In this document: piece after piece, positions 49,425 to 59,400 of the stretch
Layout: each line of letters opens with the position of its first letter
Position numbering within the stretch: position 1 is the stretch's first letter
DNA from: Fibrobacteria bacterium
GTDB lineage: Bacteria; Fibrobacterota; Fibrobacteria; UBA11236
NCBI GenBank assembly: GCA_041746255.1
Contig: JBGTHM010000125.1
Location: 64,114-128,113 of the forward strand
DNA length: 64,000 nt
Direction of reading: 5' to 3'
The notes under the pieces: generated by a model
The model's database searches: none
What the model was told of the DNA's origin: nothing
Seen by the model: the letters and a program-made list of their open reading frames with translations, nothing else
Translations under genes and position numbers: made by a program

Positions 49425-49934
49425 ATGGTCGGTGCGGGATGGGTTCGTGCATCTTTGATGGCATTGGCATGGATCAATTTCGCGTGCTCGGAGCAGGGGT
49501 CCAAGGATACCGATAAACAGGTTTTACGGGAACGGCTCACACCGATTCAATTCCATGTGACTCAGGAAAACGGTACCGAGAGGCCGTTTCAGAACCCTTA
49601 TTGGGATCATAAACAGGTTGGAATCTATGTGGATATCGTTTCGGGGGAGCCTCTGTTCGCCTCAAAGGATAAATACGACTCCAACACGGGTTGGCCCAGT
49701 TTCACCAAGCCGTTGGTGCCGGCTAATCTTGTTGAAAAAAAAGACAAGTCGTTGGGAATGGTACGCATTGAGGTTCGCAGTAAAAAAGCGGATTCCCATT
49801 TGGGGCACCTCTTTACCGATGGTCCCCCTCCCGACGGACTTCGTTATTGCATCAATTCGGCTGCGCTGCGTTTCATTCCGGTGGATTCCCTTGAAATCGC
49901 CGGGCTTGGTGAATTCGCCGCCTACTTGAAATAA
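49425..49934 (+). CDS. msrB: Peptide-methionine (R)-S-oxide reductase with an N-terminal signal/lipoprotein-like peptide
   Basis: [42 protein letters not shown] before ATG 49425. Confidence 0.95.
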   Translation: MVGAGWVRASLMALAWINFACSEQGSKDTDKQVLRERLTPIQFHVTQENGTERPFQNPYWDHKQVGIYVDIVSGEPLFASKDKYDSNTGWPSFTKPLVPANLVEKKDKSLGMVRIEVRSKKADSHLGHLFTDGPPPDGLRYCINSAALRFIPVDSLEIAGLGEFAAYLK

Positions 49935-50010
49935 CCCGCCCGCATCCATTTTTTTACCTTTCCTGCAGCATAGCCCATTGGGTTTGCTGTTTCGAAAAGG
50001 AGAAATTTCC

Positions 50011-50577
50011 ATGTGTACACCGATGCCAAAAATCCGCTTGTATCTCTCCCTCGCCCTAGTCGGCGCTTTTGTTAACGCTTTCGGCGCGGAAAACAGCGCA
50101 GGAAAATTAGTCTCATTGAAGCCCTATAGCGCGGGAGTACAAGTCGGCGCCTTGGGCGCCCTCAATGACGATTTGGCCGACTATAGCGGACAATTTCTGG
50201 AGTTTTCCTTTATCCAGCAATTCGAGGTGTCTCCCCGGGTCAATATGTTTCTCGATTTGGACTACATGTTACCCGACAACAATTTCGGAGGCCGTCTGGG
50301 TGGGGACTATCTTTTTGCTTCCGGCGGATTCAGACCCTTTGTCGGTATGGGCATCGGTATGCACTATTTTGAAAAGGACGGCGGACTGGCGGAAAGCTTC
50401 GGGCCCTCGGCAACGGCCCACTTCGGATTTCTATTCGATGTTATGGACGAGGTACAGTTGCGCGTCCGGGTTCCCTATCTTTTCGTGCTGAATAAGTCGC
50501 GGGACAATCTGGCGGGCCTGGAAATAGGTATGCTTTTTTCAAGCCCCCATCGCAAAACACGTGTGCAGAAACTCTAA
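50011..50577 (+). CDS. Small outer-membrane beta-barrel protein
   Basis: Signal peptide; alternating beta-strands (FRPFVGMGIGMHYF, LAGLEIGMLF); AGGAG RBS. Confidence 0.7.
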   Translation: MCTPMPKIRLYLSLALVGAFVNAFGAENSAGKLVSLKPYSAGVQVGALGALNDDLADYSGQFLEFSFIQQFEVSPRVNMFLDLDYMLPDNNFGGRLGGDYLFASGGFRPFVGMGIGMHYFEKDGGLAESFGPSATAHFGFLFDVMDEVQLRVRVPYLFVLNKSRDNLAGLEIGMLFSSPHRKTRVQKL

Positions 50578-50585
50578 ACGAATTC

Positions 50586-51146
50586 TCATTGCCGGCAAAC
50601 GACATTGGCCTGGGAACTGAGCCAGATACGTGCCCGTTCTTTGGCGTCCTTTGCGGCCGCTTCGGCTGAAGAAAAATAGTATTGCATGCTATTGGATTTT
50701 CCCGCGTATATGTCGCCGTTGGCGGGGTTACTGACGAAAACCTGGCTTTGTTTCAAGCTCCGTTCCACTTCCCGGAAAACCGGTTCCTGGCCCTGCACCG
50801 ACCGGGTTGTTACGATAATGAGGTCTTTTTGTTGCAACATGTAATTCACTTCCAACCGGGCGGTATGGACTTTGATATGGCGATTGTCTCCGGTTTTACC
50901 ATTGATATCCCGTAGAAACACCACCTCCGAGTGGATTTCCGCTTCGATTCCATCGATGGAGGGAAGCGAACGTAGACATTCCACCAGCCTCTCGGTAGTT
51001 ATCGCGCTCTCCCCATCCGCTTTGGATTCGGCTTGGATAACGGTAAGGCTTTTAGACTGGTTATCCTTGGGAGCGCCAAACCCCAAAACCGGTATTAATA
51101 GGGATATTCCGGCTAGAAAATAAGTGTGAATCCGTATCGTTTTCAT
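50586..51146 (-). CDS. Exported hypothetical protein
   Basis: Signal peptide; divergent from lpoB. Confidence 0.7.
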   Translation of the reverse strand: MKTIRIHTYFLAGISLLIPVLGFGAPKDNQSKSLTVIQAESKADGESAITTERLVECLRSLPSIDGIEAEIHSEVVFLRDINGKTGDNRHIKVHTARLEVNYMLQQKDLIIVTTRSVQGQEPVFREVERSLKQSQVFVSNPANGDIYAGKSNSMQYYFSSAEAAAKDAKERARIWLSSQANVVCRQ

Positions 51147-51314
51147 GTCAACCTCCCGACCGCTAGGGTCGAATTCCTGTAAATCAATCTACCTTTTTCA
51201 CAAGCCTGCTTTTGGCCCGGAATTCGCAGAGGGTCAAACTGCAATAAGCATACCAGGCAAAATTGACCCCTATATGTCAAAAATGTACAATACTAGCCTT
51301 CAAGGAGAATCCCT

Positions 51315-51926
51315 ATGTCCACGCAATTGCTAAAACTGTCCAGACACTTTACGCTGGCCTTGCTGGCCGGTTTGGTGCTGGCGGGCTGCGGAAAGAAAGT
51401 AACCCGTATCGGAGCCGATTCCACCGTCGATCTGTCGGGACGATGGAACGATACCGATTCGCGCCTGGTAGCCGAGGAAATGATTCAGGACGCCTTGGCC
51501 AAGCCTTGGTTGCAGCGTTACCAAATTCAGAACGCGACTCCGCGGGTGATTGTCGGCGAAGTCCGCAACAAAAGCCATGAACATATCAGCGTGGAGACTT
51601 TCGTCAAAGATATCGAGAGAACGCTGCTGAATTCGGGGCGGGTCGAATTCGTGGCGGCCAAGCCCGAGCGCGACCAAATCCGGGACGAAAAAGCGGATCA
51701 AGCCCAGCATTCCACCGCCCAGTCCCGTCAGATTATGGGAGAGGAAAGCGGTGCGGATTTGATGTTAATCGGCAGCATCAATACCATCGTAGACCAGGAA
51801 GGCCGGGAAGCCGTGCTCTACTATCAAGTCGATATGGAGCTCATCGAAATCGAGAGCAATAAGAAGATTTGGATAGGCAATAAGAAGATCAAGAAATTTG
51901 TGGAGCGCAGCCGGACGAAGTTCTGA
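51315..51926 (+). CDS. lpoB: Penicillin-binding protein activator LpoB family lipoprotein
   Basis: LAGC lipobox; DLSGRWNDTD, RNKSHEHI, GADLML.G.I, YQVDM.L. Confidence 0.8.
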   Translation: MSTQLLKLSRHFTLALLAGLVLAGCGKKVTRIGADSTVDLSGRWNDTDSRLVAEEMIQDALAKPWLQRYQIQNATPRVIVGEVRNKSHEHISVETFVKDIERTLLNSGRVEFVAAKPERDQIRDEKADQAQHSTAQSRQIMGEESGADLMLIGSINTIVDQEGREAVLYYQVDMELIEIESNKKIWIGNKKIKKFVERSRTKF

Positions 51927-51954
51927 CGGCCGCAATCCCGGCGGCATAACCGGC

Positions 51955-53442
51955 ATGTTAACCTCGAAACGTTCCCCGATTTCCGTGAAAAAAGCCCCCC
52001 TGACGGCCATGGTTTTCCCCATGGTCTTTTTTATAGTGGGGGCGCTCTTTTCCGGATGCGCCAATCGCAGCTTGACCCGTTACGATGCGCTCACTCCTGA
52101 GCTGCAAGCCTTCGACTATGACAAGCTCGCCCAAGCAGTCGCCACGCGGAAAAAACTTTATCCATCGCGCGACGGATTTCTTCATCAGCTCGACCTGGGC
52201 GTGGCATACCATTATGCGGGAAAATATGACACGTCGTCCATCCATTTGCTGAAGGCCGCCGAGATTTTGGATGGCCTGTACGCCCGCAGCATCACGGGTG
52301 AAGCGGTTTCTTTGCTGACCAACGATAACCTCCGGCCTTATCGCAGCCTGCCGTACGAAACCGTGCTGATGCATCAGTTTCTGGCTTGGAATTTTCTGGC
52401 CCAAGGCAAGGTGGACGCGAGTTTAGTGGAAACGCGCCGCGCCCAACTGTTGTTCAATGAATGGGAAAGAACGCGCGGTGAATCCGGAAAGTTCCAGGAT
52501 AACGGGCTTTTCCACTATATGTCCTCCCTGGCTTATGCGGCAGCGGGAGAACGGGACAACGCCATGATTTCGTTGTTCAAGTCCGTAAAGGCCTTTCGTA
52601 GCGAAGGCCGCTTACCCGATTTGATCAAGGCTTCGGCAATAGCACAGCTCAGGGACGCCGGCCGCGAAAACGACCTGTTGTTGCTGGAGCTTACGGAGGA
52701 AACGTCCCTATCACATCCGCAACTCCCGCCGACCTACGACGGCTCCGAAATCGTTTTGGTGGGTTTCGCGGGCCAAGGGCCCGTCCTTCAGGAAACGGTT
52801 TTCTGGGGAACCTGGGTGAAAGACGGTGTCTTGGTCTACCATTACCGCAATCCCCAGGGCGATACCGTAACCCAGATATTACCGGCGCCGGGATTGCCTC
52901 CAGGGGAGGCGCACAAGGCGCAGCAAGGGAAGAAAACCCGCAGCGGCACTACCTTTCACATCAAGTTCGCCCTACCCTCCATGAAGAAAATCCCGTCGCG
53001 ATCGGCTTACTTCACGGCTCGGGTCGAGGGAAGCGACGCTTCGATGCGCTCCGAAGAACTCGTGAACACCGAAAAACTGATGGAACAATACCTGGAGGAT
53101 ACCCGGATATCCACGCTTACGCGAACCGTTGTGAGAGTGGTATTGCGGACTCTGGCCCAGGAAAAAACTAAATCCGAGTTGGCGACGGCCAATCCCCTGT
53201 TAAACCTGTTACTGAATCTGGGGACCGACGCCTTGGCGGACCAGTTGGAACAAGCCGATACCCGCAACTGTTTTTTGCTGCCGCGTAGCGTTCAGATTAT
53301 CCGGATTCCCATTACGCCCGGAACCCATCAAATACAGGCCCAGGTTCGCGGTCGCGCGGGCGAGGCCCTGGAGACGCGCACCTTCACGGTGGAAGTGGGC
53401 GCGAGAGAGAAGAAATTCCTTTTCTTCCCTTCCCTGCAATAA
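51955..53442 (+). CDS. COG3014-like TPR lipoprotein (start uncertain)
   Basis: FSGC lipobox; SLLTNDN..PY....YE, ALVE.RR-like, EQADTR...LLP; downstream of lpoB. Confidence 0.75.
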   Translation: MLTSKRSPISVKKAPLTAMVFPMVFFIVGALFSGCANRSLTRYDALTPELQAFDYDKLAQAVATRKKLYPSRDGFLHQLDLGVAYHYAGKYDTSSIHLLKAAEILDGLYARSITGEAVSLLTNDNLRPYRSLPYETVLMHQFLAWNFLAQGKVDASLVETRRAQLLFNEWERTRGESGKFQDNGLFHYMSSLAYAAAGERDNAMISLFKSVKAFRSEGRLPDLIKASAIAQLRDAGRENDLLLLELTEETSLSHPQLPPTYDGSEIVLVGFAGQGPVLQETVFWGTWVKDGVLVYHYRNPQGDTVTQILPAPGLPPGEAHKAQQGKKTRSGTTFHIKFALPSMKKIPSRSAYFTARVEGSDASMRSEELVNTEKLMEQYLEDTRISTLTRTVVRVVLRTLAQEKTKSELATANPLLNLLLNLGTDALADQLEQADTRNCFLLPRSVQIIRIPITPGTHQIQAQVRGRAGEALETRTFTVEVGAREKKFLFFPSLQ

Positions 53443-53463
53443 GCGCCTCCATCCGGGAGCCCT

Positions 53464-56400
53464 TCAATAACCCTGAGGCAGGCTTTTCCGATCGCCTCCC
53501 AATCGGGTAAAATTCTTGAAATGCTTCTGGGCTTCGTCCTTCTGGGCGGATTTGTCGGCCACAATGCCCGCATAATAAGAAGACATGGGGTCGTCCGGAC
53601 ATAACGATAGGGCGTAGCGCGAACTGGCCGAAGAAGCCTGGATATTGTTCATATCCAGCAATACTTTCGCCTGGGAAAGGTACAGCGCGCAGGAGCGGGG
53701 ATTTCCCGTCAATCCTTCTTGAAGGAGCTCCTGGGCTCCTTTCGCTTGACCCTGTGCCAATAAAACCTCGGCCAATGCCACGATGCCTTCATCGTAATTG
53801 GAATCGTGCTCCAAGCTACGTTGCGACCATTGTTCGGCTTCGGAAATGTCGCCTAATTGCAGGCAGGTACGCGCCAGTAAAGCCATGACGGCGGGGTTGT
53901 CCGAAAATTCGAGCGAGCGCAGTAAAAAGTCGCGCGCCTCTTCGGTTTTGCGTTCGGCCAGTGCGGCTCGGGCTAATCCTTGAAAACCCTTGGCCATGCT
54001 GGTGCGGTTGAATGACTGGGTCAGGGCATGGAATTGATCACGGGCCTTATCCAGCCGTCCCAGCTCAAGATAACATTCTCCGGCCATGAAACTGGCGGGA
54101 GAGAAATCCGGCTTATGTTTGAGCGCAGCCTGGAATTCCGCGAGGGCCCTATCGAACTTCCTTTGTTCAAGGTAGGCTTGTCCGAGATTGTAGCGGAATA
54201 TGGCATTGCTCTCATCCTCTTTAACCAGACCGGCGAAAATGGTTCCGGCCTTGTCCCGCTCCCGCAATGCCAATAGCGACTGTCCCAGCGCCAGCCGCAC
54301 GGCCGTATCCTGCTTGAAGGAGGAAGACTCTATCAGCCTGCGGGCTTCTTCGGCACGCTTATTTTTGAGATGTAATTGGGCTAGACCGGCGACGGAAGCG
54401 GCGCTCGGGGACTTTTTCATCAGTTCGGAAAATTGCAGCATGGCCGTCTGCTCTTGCCCCAAACCGGTCAAGGCCTGGGCATAAACGAGGCGACTGGCAG
54501 GACTGAGTTCGGATACGCGCGGTCCCAGCATTTCCACGGCGATGGGGTAGTCCTCAAGGCGATAAAAAACGTCGGCCAAAGCCTCGGTATAGGCAAGATT
54601 GCCGGCGTCGTAACTCAAAGCGGTGCCGATTACCTCTCCCGCTTTTTCAAGGCGCCCCTTTTCCAAATGCACCAAACCCAGCCAATATCCGGCCTGGTGG
54701 TTTTGCGGTTGGCGGACAACCAATTCCTCCAATGCAGGCTGGGCATCCGATAGGGTGCCGCGGGCATGATGGATGCGGCTCAAGTTGTAAAGCAGCGCGG
54801 GATCCCTTTCGCCATGTCGCCAGGCATTGGTATAAGCCTTCAATGCCGGTTCGGATTTTCCCGATTCGAATAGCGCATGTCCCCATTGAACCTGATGATC
54901 CATAGTGGCTGGATCGATTCCCGCTAAGCGACCGTATAACGAGGCGGCGTCCCCATACTTCTTTTCCTGAAGTCTAATCCAGGCGAGGCCGCCCAAGGCA
55001 TGGAGGTTGTTCGAATCCAACCGTACCACGTCGGAGAAGGCCTGGGGAAGTTGCTGAGCCAGCCCCAGGTTTTGACTCAGCTCCATTTTGGCTATGGCGA
55101 CTTCCACATCGGACGGATCGACGGAGAAGGCCTTGACGAAGGCGTCGGCTGCCTGCGTCTCTTCGCCTTGGGAACGCAGGCTCATGCCCGTCAATTTCCA
55201 GGCCAGGGCTTGGATAGGCTTGGGCTGTTGAGGGATGGTCGCGGCTCCTTGCTTAAGCAGAAGCAGGGCGGAAGGGAAATTGCGATGCTGTGCCAAAGAG
55301 ATGCCTAGGTAGAGTGAAGCCTTGGCGTGGTCGGGTTTTTTGTTGAGAAGAATGTCGTAATAATCGGCGGCTTGGGCCAATTCGCCTTTGGACAGATGCC
55401 CATCGGCCAATTGTTCCAGGTAGGCTACCAATTCGGAGAGATAATCTTTGCGATCAAATTTCAATTCATGGCTGCGAACGTAATATTCCAGCGCCTTATC
55501 GATACGCCCCAGGCTGCGTGCCAATTGGGCCGTGGCAAAATGCAGCTCGGCGTTGGTGGGCTCCAAATTGACGAGCCGATCCATGGCCTCAAATTGCTTG
55601 GCGGGATTTTTAAGACCTGCATGCGCGTCGGCCAGAAGTTTCCAACTCTCGGAAATTTGCGGCTCAGAACGGGTCCAGCTTTCCAGGAAAGCCAAGGCCT
55701 CGGAATGCCTTCCCAATGCCATCGCCAATTGCCCTCCCCGTCGCTGCGCGTTCACGTCGGCCGGATTGGAGGCCAGTATTTCGCCGTAGAGTTTCAATGC
55801 CGAGGGGTCCCGCCCCAGGGCGGATGCATAGGCGTATTTGACGGCCAGGTCCTGCGGGAATGCTTCGTGTCCTATTCGGAGAACTTCCGTCAGGTGGCGC
55901 GAGGAAGTCGCTTCCCCATATATCCAAGCCTTTTCAAAGGCGCTCTTAAAATCTACCGCAGGGCCGACATCCCTCCGGTAGAGCATGTTATCGTAGAATG
56001 CCTGATTCGCTTCATTCTTTTTCTCCTGGTAGGCATAGGTTTCCGCCAGGGGAGCCAGCATCCACCGCTCCTTTTCCCTCTCGTCGCGCATGAATTTCTC
56101 GAAATGACGCAGCCGGTCGAGGTCGTAGCGTTGGTAATACTCCGAGACGAGAAGAATACGGCCCACCCGGTATTGAGGATGCTTCTTGACCAGTATTTCA
56201 ATGGGCTCGGGGTTGCCGGTGAACTTGAAGTCCAGCTCTGCCAGTTGGAATGTGTATTTCACGTCGGCTTTTTTCAAATCGACGAGATAGCGCAACGAAC
56301 TTTCTAGGCTGGCTGTGTCTTTCGTATGTTCGGAAAGCGCATGGAAGGACACCAAGGCATCCATGTCACGGGGATTACGGGCCGCCCATTGCCCATAATG

Positions 56401-59400
56401 GGAAATGGCGTCGGGGAAACGTTTGGCGGTTTCCATGGCCTTGGCCAGGCGAAGTTGGAAATCCTTGTAAACCGGATCGTAGCCGACAATGCGTTCCAGC
56501 GCTCCAACGTATTTCCCGACATCCGCAATCTTGACGTAGAGTCCCGAGAGGGTATCGAGGAAGGGTGGGCTGACGATACCTGAGGCGTCTTCGTGACCCA
56601 ACCGCAATTCGTACATGGCAACGGATTTGAGGAGTTGGTCCGTCCGCAAAAAGGCCTCTGCGGCCAAGGGGAAGTAAACCCCGGTCACGCGTTTGTCGGT
56701 GAGGACGTCATCCCAGGCGCGGGCGGATTGCGGATATTTTCCGTTAAGGTAATAGGAACCGGCCAACTTTCTTTTTTCGAGTTGATCGGGATTGTTCCCG
56801 GCCAGGAATTCGAAAAGCGCCAACGACTCCCGGATTTCCTTATCCGTTTTGAGGGTTTGCCCATAAGCGCGCGCGTAAAGCAGGTTTTTGGGTTCGAGTT
56901 CATAAGCATGCTTCAGGGCGCCGACTCCGGATTCGGTCATGCCTAATTTGGAGTAGCTGAAGCCCAGCTTGTACCAGGCTTCGGCTTTCTTGGGTAAACC
57001 CTTTACCGCTTCGCTTAACAGCGTGGCGGTAGTCCGGAACTTTTCATTCCCGAAATAAAAATTTCCCAGAAGCCATTGGTATTCCGCCCGGTTTTCGGCA
57101 TCCAGGTTGATCAGTTTTTCCAAGGTTACGACATAAGTCACCCTCTCTTCTTTCTTTCCCTTGGTGATGGATAGCAGCATTTTGTAGCCGCGAGCATCGG
57201 TAGGGTTGGTATTGAGGCAGCTGCGGATGTTGCTCATGGCCATGGCTGTGTCGCCTGCCTTGAGGTCCAATTCCGCCAGGCGAAGCAAGCCGCCCGCATT
57301 TTCGCGATCTACGATGAGAAGGTGTTGCAGGGCGATGCGGATATCCGTTTCCTTGCGGCCGGTTCTTTCATAGGAAAGGATCTGGATTTTCCGGACTTCC
57401 ATATCGTAGTCGGGATTGACTTCCAGGTAGCGTTCCGCCAGGTCGGCGGCCAGGACATAATCCTTGGCCGCGAATGCTCCGATGACGGCGCGTCGGTTTC
57501 CCAATATCCGGGAGGGAATCAAACGATTTGCGAGCGAATAATATTCACCGGATTTTGTCCATTGTTGTTTGAGGAAATACCCCTCACCCAAAAGGAGGAA
57601 TAATTCGGCGTTGGCCTTGTCATTCGGATTCGGCTTGGCGGAAGCCATCCGTTCCAGCACCGGAAAATATTTCATTATCTGCCCTTCGCCGGTGATGACG
57701 CTGGGTATAAGGGCCTGGTAGGCTTTGACATCGGGAGCCTTATTCAAAGCCATGCTCAAATATGCGTAGGCTTTATCCTTGTCCTTCTTCTGGAGATAAA
57801 TCTTCGCCAATTCAAACTGGACCTCGTGAGCGCTGGTATCCAATGCCTGGATTTCCTGGAGAACCTGGGACAGCTCATCCTCCTTGCGCAGCGATTTAAG
57901 CAGCGCCACCACCTTATCCCGCACGGCCTTGTCGTTGGGTTTCATGTACAAGGCCATTCGATAGTATTCCAGCGACTTTTCCGGTTTCCTTAATTCTTCG
58001 TAAACGCTTCCCAAACGCATGCTCAGTTCCAAATCGCCATGGCGCAGCGCATGCAAACCTTCGAGAGCGGGTGCCAGCTTGCTCTTTTCATTTGCTCGGG
58101 TGTGTAAGGCGATAAGCTGATTCCAGGGCTCGGGGTCGTTTTTGTCAAGCTGGGTCCAGCGATTTAACCATTGGGCCGCCACGTCCATTTTCTTCAAGGA
58201 TAAGGCGATTTCCACGGCCTTTTTCACCGCTTCGACGTCTTTGGGCCGCTTGGCAATTATTCCCTGGTAGAGGGCGAGTGCTTCCGCTGTATTGCCCAAG
58301 GTTCCGGCATAGGATGATTTTATGGAGATATCCTCGCCAAAGGTCTCGCTGCCTGATTTCAGTATAGCGGGAAGATGTTGGGAGCGGGTTTTACGCGCAT
58401 GGTCCAAAACCTTATTGAAAATGTCCCGGTCCTTATTACGGGCGGAGAGTAGCGAGTAATAAATCCGGCCCGCCTCGGCGTGTTTCTCCTGAAATGCATA
58501 GAGATCACCCAATGCTTCCAAAAGTTCGGGATTCCCTTTTGCCTGGGAGGTCAGGTCCGGCTCCAGCTTCGCCAATTTTTCGAAGTCGCTTCGATTATGG
58601 TATTCGCGGATAAGTATTAGTTTGGCCTTGGTATAACCGGGGTTGGCTTTAACCAGATCTTCCAACCGGCTTATTTCACCTCCGCGCTCGTAATGCAATT
58701 CCGCCTGCTGAAACCGGAATTTGGGATCCGCATCCTTATGGTTCACCAACAGGTTCAAGGCGTCGATGAGGCTGGCAGTGTCCTTGCGGGATGCGGCCAG
58801 CCGATGGAAGGCCTCCAGGGCGGGAAGGTCGTCAGGATTGTGAAAAGTCCACTGCGAGTAGAAGCGTAATGCTTCGGAAAAATTTCCGGATTTTTCCTGC
58901 GCGCGCGCCATTTGCAAGAGGTAGTCTTCATGCGTGAAGCTGACGTCCAACACTCGCGCCATCAGCTCCAAATGCTTCTTGGGATTGCTGGATTTGTATA
59001 TCTCAGCTAACTGGGTCAAAACTTTCAGGTCCTTGGGATTTTTTTCCAGGCGCTTTTCCAAAAGCAGTCGTGCCTTTTCAGGTTGGCGCGCCTGCAAAAA
59101 ACTTTCGGTAGCCAGGGGGTCTTCCAGGGCGATGGGGTTTCGGTTGTTTACGAACCAATCCCATTGTAAGGCCGCGCCTGCGTAGTCTCCGTTCAGAAAA
59201 TAGGCATGCGCCAACTTACGTCTCTGTTCGGGCGTGGGATTGTTGGAGCCTACGACTTTGAACAAGGCGAGATTATCCTTGAGGTCGGTCGGAGCGTTGA
59301 GGATATCGGCCAATCGGCGGGCGTATTCGGCATTGCGTGGATCCAGATCCCAGGCTTTGCGGTAATGTTGCGCGGCGTTTTCCCGGCCGAGCTCCTGTGA

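Noticed and set aside
55327..56307. 326-aa + strand ORF
   Set aside because: Antisense to the giant TPR gene; no independent coding signal.
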